Below are positions 57,364 to 64,000 of a DNA stretch of 64,000 bases, piece after piece. Every line of letters begins with the position of its first letter. The first letter of the stretch is position 1. Under the pieces are notes generated by a model. That model was not told the DNA's origin. It did not search any database and worked only from the letters and a program-made list of their open reading frames with translations. This stretch comes from Rebecca billardiae RCC1528 (lineage: Eukaryota; Protista; Haptophyta): assembly GCA_965240325.2 (NCBI GenBank), contig OZ251222.1, forward strand, positions 496,001 through 560,000, written 5' to 3'. A program made the position numbers and the translations under genes.

Positions 57364-57823
57364 TTAGCGCGACATGAGCTCGCCCTGCGGCTTGCACACG
57401 CCGAACTTCGGATAGCAGACGATGAAGCACTTGCCGAACATCATGGGCACCTCGCCGCCCGGCGGGCACGCGCAGCTCTCGACGAGGCAGCACGCCTGTG
57501 CCTGGCTCTTCCACAGCACATCCATCGCACCGCACTTGAGCTCGCAGCACAGGCAGAGCATCAGCGGCGCGCCCATCTTGCAGCAGGCGTTGCACTCGAG
57601 GCAGAGGAACTTGAGCTCGCTCGAGCAGCCGATGCACGCCGGGATGTCCGTGTACAGCGAGGTGTTGCAGCAGATGCACCCATCGAAGACCTGGATGCGC
57701 GTCGCGCGCGACGGCGCAGATTTATGAGACGTGCCACGCAGCACGCGCGGGCGGAGAGGGCCGCGTGGCCGCCGCGCGAGCGCGCACGATGAGGCCAGAC
57801 TCGTCGACGGCATCAGCACCCAT
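57364..57823 (-). CDS. Small cysteine-rich protein (about 120 aa); intron 57691-57787
   Basis: MGADAVDESGLI|VFDGCICCNTSLY...; about 20 Cys; clean GTGCGC..CAG phase-0 intron. Confidence 0.75.
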
Positions 57824-58754
57824 GGCAGCAGTGTAAAGGGGGGACGGGGAACGGGCGAGCCTGCACCCGCGCGCGCGGGGAGGGCCGCAGCAGGTGGGCG
57901 CCAAGCGTGAGGCACTACGGCGCGCACGCGCCCCACGTCACCGACGGGTCAGGCCCAGCGCGCGCATGCGAGCGGCGAGTGTGTGAGGGCAGCCACGCGC
58001 GCGGCGACCCACGCGCCGGCGATGGGCCGCCCCTGCGCCTCCTCTCGCCCCGCTCAGCTCGCGGGGCCCACGGGGTGCGGCTCACCCTCGACAACTGACT
58101 GCGGCGCCTGCGGCTGCGAGCTGCGGCTTGCTGCGCGCCTGGCGCGCGGCTTGGGCCGCAACGGCGCCCGCCCACCCGCTCGCCAGCGCTTCAATCACTC
58201 TCAATCAACTCTCAAGGTTTGGGTCGCCCTGACCACTTTTCGGCGGCGTCCACGCGCCTGGGTATTTATGTAACGAATTCCATCAGCGCTATTTACGCTA
58301 CATACGAAAGAGTATCTTGTGATTACCCAACGCATGCCAATGAATAGACGAAGTTCAAAGTGCGCTTCGCGCGGAGGTTCGCGGGAGAGCGTTGTAACGA
58401 CTGTTTTATAGAACGACGAAAATAATGACGCGACTACGCGAGGACTTGATTGGCTTGGGTATTTCGTCAATGCATTGCAGTGCAAAACCGGCCTGGCGAG
58501 ACCAGGACGGTCAACGATGGCGGAGGGACCCTGCGTGCTCATGGCCCCCGCGCTCATCGGTATGGCTCGCCTCGGTCGGGCCACGAGCTCGAGCCTGGAT
58601 GCGAGCCAATGCCAGTTACCCCCTCCGTCTCGTGCTCGACGCCCCAGCCGAGCGAGGAGCTTGACCCCTCACCGTCTGCGCCGCCGTCATCACCAGCGCG
58701 GCCCTGTCGATCGTAGACTGCGTAGTCGTCGCGGGCACCCACTCCCGAGCGTGG

Positions 58755-61457
58755 CTAGAGCGTGCTGCCGTGGCGGTCCTCGGGCGCGGCGGCGTGCGCA
58801 GCAAGCCGCGTGTGCGCGGCCGCGAGCTCGTCCGACAGCTGCTCGCATCGCCGCGTGCCTCGCCGCGCGGCGCTCTCCGCCGCGGATGCGCGCGCGCGCT
58901 CCTTTGCGAGCGAGCGTCGCATCGCGGCCAACTTGGCGGCCAGCGCGCTGCCGCGCTGCTGCTCGACGTCGGCGCGCTCTCGTGCGTCGGCCAGCGCGCC
59001 CTGCGCCGCCCGCGCGGCGCTCTCAAGCTCGCGGCGCTCGGCCGCCGCCGCGCCGAGCGCCTCCGCCGCGCGCGCTGCGTCGGCCTGTGCGGTGGCGACC
59101 GCCTCGCCCTGCGCGCGGAGCGTCGCGGCGGCGGCGCCCGTGGCGAGCGCCTCCGCCTCGCGCAGCCGCGCGCTCTCGAGCTCGGCGCTGAGCTCCGCCA
59201 CGCGCCGCGCGTACACGCCCACGTCGGCGCGCAGCGGCTCGACGCGCGCTGCCACGACGCTGGCGCACGCGCGCCACACGGCGAGGGCGCGCACGAGCGC
59301 GAGCGCGCGCGCGCCATGCCACGCGCCAAGCAGCCGCGCGGCGCGCGCGCGGTGTGCGCGCGTCGCGCTCGCCGCCGCCGCGGCCGCCACGGTGTTCCGC
59401 CGCTCCGCGAGCGAGCCCAGCGCGCGCGCCAGCTTCGCGCGCTCCGCCTCGGCCGCGCGCGCACCCTCGAGCGCCGCGTCTCGCTCGGCGCGGAGCGCGG
59501 CCGGCGCGGCCTGCGGAGCGCCGCCCGCGGGCCCGGCGCCGGCGCTGCGGCGCGCGCGGCGCGCGCTCTGCGCGGCCGCGCGCGCGCTCGCCGCCTGGCT
59601 CGCCGCCGCCTCCCTGGCCGCGTGGAGCTCCGCACGGAGCTCGGTCGCCTCCGCCTCCGCGGCCAAGGCGCGCTTGCGTGTGCCTGTGGCCGCGCGCGCC
59701 GCCGCGGACGCGCGCGCGGACGCGCGCGCGAGCTCGGTGCTCAGTGCGGCCGCGGCGCGCGCGCTCTCAGCCGCCAGCGCGCGCGCCGCCTCGCGCGCGT
59801 CGGCCTCGTCCGCGCGCTCAGCCTCCAGCGCTCGCAGCTCGCGCCTGAGCACCTCCGCCTGCGCGCGCGCCGCCGCCTTGGCGCCACCCAGCGCGCCGCC
59901 CACGGCCGCGGCCGCGGCGGCCGCGGCCGCGGCCGCCCCTTGCTCGAGCGAGACGCGCGGCGGCGCGCGCTCGGCCTCGCCCGCGGCCGCGGCGGCGGCA
60001 GCGGGCGTGGGCGTCGTCGAGGCCTGGCGCGCGCCGCGCAGCCCGCGCTCCGCCACCGGCGGCGGCGGTGCGCCCTCCGACACAGCCGCCCTCGCCCCGG
60101 GCGCAGGCGGTGGCGGTGGCGCCGGCTCGGCCGCGGCCGCGGCCGCCCTGCCGGCGCGGAGGACGGCCTGGGAGAGCAGCAGCTGGAGCACGGCCTCGTG
60201 CGCCGCGCGCGCGTCCGCCTCCGCCTCGGCGAGCTGCGCCGCGTGCTGCGCGTACGCCTCCGCCCGCTCGAAGACGGCGAGCTCGTCCGAGCGCGCGGCC
60301 TCGGCCCCGGCGCCGGCCCGAGCCGGGCGCGCCGCCGAGATTGCAATCTCCTCGGGGCGCGCCGAGATTGCAATCTCCTCGGCCTGCAGGGCGGCGCCCG
60401 GCAGCTCGCCTCCCCACCCGCGCGCCGGCCACGCGCTCGCCGCCTCCTCCAGCCGCCGCTCCAGCTCGGCCGCGCGCGCGCGCCACGACGCGCCCTCGGC
60501 GCGCGCCGCCTCGCGCGCCGCGCGCGCGTGCGCGAGCTCTGCCCGAGTCCCCTCGAGCTCGGCGCGCGCGCTCTCGGCGCGCGCGGCGGCGGCCTCGGCG
60601 TGCGCGGACGCCTCGCGCGCGCGCTCGAGGGCGCGCTCGCGCGACGAGCCGAGGGCCGCCGCCGCCGCCCCCGCCGCGCCTCGCTCCGCCCCGGCCGCGG
60701 CGGGAGCGCGCGGCGGCGGCTGCGGCGGCGGCTGCGGCGGCGGCTGCGGCGGCGCGAGGCCCAACCACGCGGGCTCGGGCGCGGGCGCGCGCTCGAGCAC
60801 GGCGAGCAGAGCCTCGTCGTCATCGTCGTCGGCTGCGCGCGCGGCGGGCGGGGGCGGGGGCCCCTGCCGCTCGGCGCCGAGCGCGCCGCACAGCTCCGCC
60901 CGCACGCGCTCGAGCGCGAGCGCCGCGCGCTGCAGGCCCGCCGCCTCGCGCAGCGCCGAGCCCGCAGGTGCGCGCTCGCGTGCCGCGCCGCCGGCTGGCT
61001 CGGGCGCTGCAGCGGCCGCCTCGACGAGCTGCGCGTGCGCGAGGTCGAGCGCACCGGCCACGCGCGCGCGCGCGCGCGCGCGCCAGCGGAGCAGCGCGGC
61101 GCGCTCGTCCGTCCACGCGACGAAGGCTTGGCGCGCGGCCGAGCGCACCTGCGCCGCCTCGGAGCGCGCGCCCGCCTCGTCCGCGCGCGCGGCGCCGAGC
61201 TGCTGGCGCAGCTGGTCGAGCGCGCGCGCGGTGGTCGGGTCGAGTGGGGCGAAGGCGAGGCCTCGCCAGCGCGACAGCGCGCGCTCCATCGCCACCGTCA
61301 GCCGCGTGCGCACGGCGCCCAGCAACGCGGCGTGCTGGCGCGCCGAGCGCGCGCGAGACATCTCGGCCGAAAGCGCAACGCGCGCGTTCCTCGCGGACGC
61401 GTCGCTAGCGGACGCGCGCGCGCCGCGCTCGCGCGCGGCGCGGGACTCGTCCTTCAC
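58755..61457 (-). CDS. Ala/Arg/Glu-rich coiled-coil protein (start uncertain)
   Basis: 900-codon ORF with heptad patterns. The frame stays open to about 61800 without an ATG; the first in-frame ATG is near 61361. Confidence 0.65.
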   Translation of the reverse strand: MKDESRAARERGARASASDASARNARVALSAEMSRARSARQHAALLGAVRTRLTVAMERALSRWRGLAFAPLDPTTARALDQLRQQLGAARADEAGARSEAAQVRSAARQAFVAWTDERAALLRWRARARARVAGALDLAHAQLVEAAAAAPEPAGGAARERAPAGSALREAAGLQRAALALERVRAELCGALGAERQGPPPPPAARAADDDDDEALLAVLERAPAPEPAWLGLAPPQPPPQPPPQPPPRAPAAAGAERGAAGAAAAALGSSRERALERAREASAHAEAAAARAESARAELEGTRAELAHARAAREAARAEGASWRARAAELERRLEEAASAWPARGWGGELPGAALQAEEIAISARPEEIAISAARPARAGAGAEAARSDELAVFERAEAYAQHAAQLAEAEADARAAHEAVLQLLLSQAVLRAGRAAAAAAEPAPPPPPAPGARAAVSEGAPPPPVAERGLRGARQASTTPTPAAAAAAAGEAERAPPRVSLEQGAAAAAAAAAAAVGGALGGAKAAARAQAEVLRRELRALEAERADEADAREAARALAAESARAAAALSTELARASARASAAARAATGTRKRALAAEAEATELRAELHAAREAAASQAASARAAAQSARRARRSAGAGPAGGAPQAAPAALRAERDAALEGARAAEAERAKLARALGSLAERRNTVAAAAAASATRAHRARAARLLGAWHGARALALVRALAVWRACASVVAARVEPLRADVGVYARRVAELSAELESARLREAEALATGAAAATLRAQGEAVATAQADAARAAEALGAAAAERRELESAARAAQGALADARERADVEQQRGSALAAKLAAMRRSLAKERARASAAESAARRGTRRCEQLSDELAAAHTRLAAHAAAPEDRHGSTL

Positions 61458-61916
61458 GCGCGCGAGCTCGGCCTTGAGCGCCTCCGCCTCGCGCGTCAGC
61501 TCCTCCTCGCGCCGAGCGGCCGCTGCCGTGCTCGCCTTGGGCGCGTGCGGCCGCGGCGAGCGCGCGCCGGCCGCGCGCGCGGTGCCGGGCGGCTTGGAGC
61601 TGGCGCCGTCGGGCGATGGCGGCGCCGCCGCGGGCGCGGCCGCGCTGGCCGCGCCCGCCTTCGGCGCGCGCCTGAACCACAGCGTGGTGCCCCGCGGCGC
61701 GCGCGGCGCGGCCGCCCCGGCGCCAAAATCAAACGGTCGATTTTGATCGCTGCTGGCGTGCCGGGTTGCCGCATCTTGCCATCTTCCATTCTGGCCAAAT
61801 TAAGTCCGGGTGACGGCAGAATCGGACGACCGAGAGACGATGATTGTACGTTACACGGGCCTTCGCCCCGCTCGACGGAGACTACGGAGACGGTTTTCAG
61901 TGCAGCGCTGGCCGCG

Positions 61917-64000
61917 ATGGAGGGCGGCAGCGGCAAGGGCCGGCGCGAGAGCCACGCGGCCCTCGAGGGCGGCGGGAGCGGCAAGGGCCGGCGCGAGAGC
62001 CGTGCGGCCCACGCCGAGGGCGGCGGCAGCGCCGCGAGCCGGCGCGGCAGCAGCCGTCGCGGCAGCGAGCGTCGGCCCTCCAGCCACCGCTCGATCAGCC
62101 CGACGGCGTACCGATCGATCAGCCCGACCGGCTCGATCGCGCGCGCGCACACGCGCACGCCGGGCGATCGCAGCCCCGGCGAGACGCCCGTCTCGTTCGG
62201 CGGCGTCTCCTTCGGCACCGACTCGCTCGCCGAGGACGGCGCGGCCGAGGCGCTCGCGGAGGGCGCGCCCGCGGCCGACGCGGACGCCGATCTCGAGCGC
62301 GAGATCGAGCCTGCCGAGGACGCGCAGGTCGCGCAGGCGCTCGAGGCGCTGCGCGCGGCGGGCGACCACATGGCGCTGATCGTGCGTGACGCGGCGGGCA
62401 TCCGCGCGCCGCTCTCCGCGACGGTGCGCTCGGGCAGCCCGTCGCGCGAGCCGAGGCCCGAGGGCGCGGTGAAGGTGGCCGGCGGCGGCGCGGAGTCGGA
62501 CGCGGCGCGCGGGCCCCTGCGCGGCCCGGCGATCGAGCAGTTCTGGGACGAGTCGCTCGGCGTGGTGTCGGCGGTGCTGCTCGAGTCCTCCGCCTCGTCG
62601 CTGCGCAAGCAGCAGCTCCTCGACAGCCTGCGCTACTGGACGGAGCGCGGCGAGGACGAGCTGCCGGACACCTCCAGAGAGGCCGCGCAGGCAGAACTCG
62701 AGGCGCAGGACGCGATCCGCTCGGTGGCGGACTACGAGGCGCTGATGGCGCGGCGGTCGCAGCTGCTCGTGGACGCGGTGACCGACCTCTCCGCCGAGCA
62801 CGCGCAGCTGCGCCAGCTCGAGGCGCACCGCCGCGTGCGCGCGCGCGAGGAGGCGGAGGAGCATGAGGCGAAGGGCATGATGTCTCGACTCAAGGCGTCT
62901 GCGGCCGTCAAGGAGCGCTCGGCGCTGATCGAGGGGGCGAAGAAGGCGGAGGCGGCGCTGGCGGAGTGCAGGGCGCAGGTGGCGGAGCGCGACGCGCAGC
63001 TGCACAAGGCGCAGGAGGAGCTCCTCGAGATCTCGGCCAACGTCACCGCGCTCCGGCGCGTGCACGAGCAGGAGTTGGCAAGCGCGCGCGCGCAGGCGGA
63101 GTCAAAGGCGCTGGCGGCGATCGCGCGCGCCGAGGCGGAGACGGAGGTGCGCGTGAAGGCGGAGCTCGCGGCCGACCCGCAGCTGCTCGCCGCGACGGTC
63201 GCCGCGTTCCGCGCCGACTCGGGCGCGCCCGCCGAGCCGCCCGCCGACCCGAACGCGCCGTCGTGGCGCGAGCAGCTGCAGGCGACAGTCAAGGACTTGC
63301 ACACTGCGCAGGAGCGCGCGGCGCGCATCCGCTCCGAGCTTGAGGCGTACTGGGGGGCGAAGGTGGAGGAGGAGGTGGCGGCGGCGCGCGCGGCGGCGTT
63401 CTCGGAGGGCGAGGCGCACGCCGAGGCCGAGCTCAAGCGGCTCACCCGCCGGCTCGAGTCCGCCGAGGGCCGGCTGAGCCACACGCGCCTCGACGCTGAG
63501 AAGGCGCAAGACTTAGTCGGCTCGCGGGACGGCCAGCTGCGGGAGCTGCTCAACAACGCGGCGGAGGCGGACGTGCGGCGGGAGCAGGCGGAGTGGGCGC
63601 TGGCGAGGGCGGAGGCGGCGGCGGGCGAGGAGCGCAAGACCGCCCACGCCGCGCGCGCCGCGCTGCGCGTCGCGGAGGAGGCGGCGGGCGCTGCGGCGCT
63701 CGAGATGGCGCGCGCGGTCGCGCGCGAGCGACGCAGGGCGCAACTGCAGCTGGCCGCGCTCGCCGCCGCGCGCCCCAGGCCGGCGGCGGGGACGGCGCAG
63801 CCCGACGCCGCCGACGCCGCCGCCGCCGCCGACCCCGCCGACGACGACGAGGAGGCGAGCCGCGTCACCGCCGCCGCCGCGCGCGACACGTTCAGAGCCA
63901 TCCGCGCGGCGGCGGTCGAGGCGCGGAGCGCGCGCGCGTCCGCGCAGCTCGCGGCAAACGCGCGCGCGGCGGGTGCGGTGCTGCGCGCGGCGGACGTGCT
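61917..64000 (+). CDS. Large coiled-coil protein, truncated by the window end (absent from the ORF track because no stop is reached)
   Basis: ATG at 61917 (MEGGSGKGRRES...), open frame with IEQFWDESLG, LLDSLRYW, VADYEALMARRSQLL and long E/A/R heptads. Confidence 0.7.
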   Translation, partial: MEGGSGKGRRESHAALEGGGSGKGRRESRAAHAEGGGSAASRRGSSRRGSERRPSSHRSISPTAYRSISPTGSIARAHTRTPGDRSPGETPVSFGGVSFGTDSLAEDGAAEALAEGAPAADADADLEREIEPAEDAQVAQALEALRAAGDHMALIVRDAAGIRAPLSATVRSGSPSREPRPEGAVKVAGGGAESDAARGPLRGPAIEQFWDESLGVVSAVLLESSASSLRKQQLLDSLRYWTERGEDELPDTSREAAQAELEAQDAIRSVADYEALMARRSQLLVDAVTDLSAEHAQLRQLEAHRRVRAREEAEEHEAKGMMSRLKASAAVKERSALIEGAKKAEAALAECRAQVAERDAQLHKAQEELLEISANVTALRRVHEQELASARAQAESKALAAIARAEAETEVRVKAELAADPQLLAATVAAFRADSGAPAEPPADPNAPSWREQLQATVKDLHTAQERAARIRSELEAYWGAKVEEEVAAARAAAFSEGEAHAEAELKRLTRRLESAEGRLSHTRLDAEKAQDLVGSRDGQLRELLNNAAEADVRREQAEWALARAEAAAGEERKTAHAARAALRVAEEAAGAAALEMARAVARERRRAQLQLAALAAARPRPAAGTAQPDAADAAAAADPADDDEEASRVTAAAARDTFRAIRAAAVEARSARASAQLAANARAAGAVLRAADV

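Noticed and set aside
58762-61746. 994-aa plus-strand ORF and many other long antisense or alternate-frame ORFs (e.g. 35791-39633, 28083-30692, 46323-48500)
   Set aside because: They are shadows of real genes. Extreme GC content depletes stop codons, and the translations are Ser/Ala/Arg-rich with no motifs.
1-64000. CRISPR arrays, tRNA/rRNA genes, transposases, prokaryotic operons
   Set aside because: No regularly spaced repeat-spacer array, cloverleaf, rRNA-like tract or transposase/RT motif was seen. The DNA is intron-containing and eukaryotic.

Overview
Gene-dense, very GC-rich eukaryotic nuclear DNA. It is most consistent with a haptophyte alga (Pavlovophyceae/Diacronema-like); this is inferred from composition, short CG-rich GT-AG introns, bipartite plastid-targeting presequences and gene content. 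I can support about 27 protein-coding genes, many split by 97-271 nt introns that the ORF track reads through or misses. They are: an ARM/IQ protein, selenoprotein T, POLE2, TRAPPC2L, anoctamin, a Bud23-like methyltransferase, an EDR2-C protein, an EF-hand protein, a TPR-GT41 glycosyltransferase, ODR-4, CMP-sialic acid synthetase, a CYTH/TTM RNA triphosphatase, a DCAF7/AN11 WD40 protein, a strawberry-notch helicase, an aspartic protease, a ~2000-aa multidomain 7TM receptor-like protein, TAF11, plastid TypA, a GCR1-like GPCR, FtsH, a sulfotransferase and several hypotheticals. The best hidden signal is a three-exon selenoprotein T gene. Its C-A-A-U motif appears only after splicing (in-frame TGA at 3205-3207), it has a textbook SECIS at about 3813-3900, and it carries an extra N-terminal MANF/ARMET-C-like CxxC module. 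At window scale, most genes sit in tight head-to-head pairs, intergenic spacers have an odd TGA/TCA/AGT/ACT-rich texture with repeated TGASTCA, and intron donors are dominated by GTGCG. No rRNA, tRNA, CRISPR or transposase was recognised.
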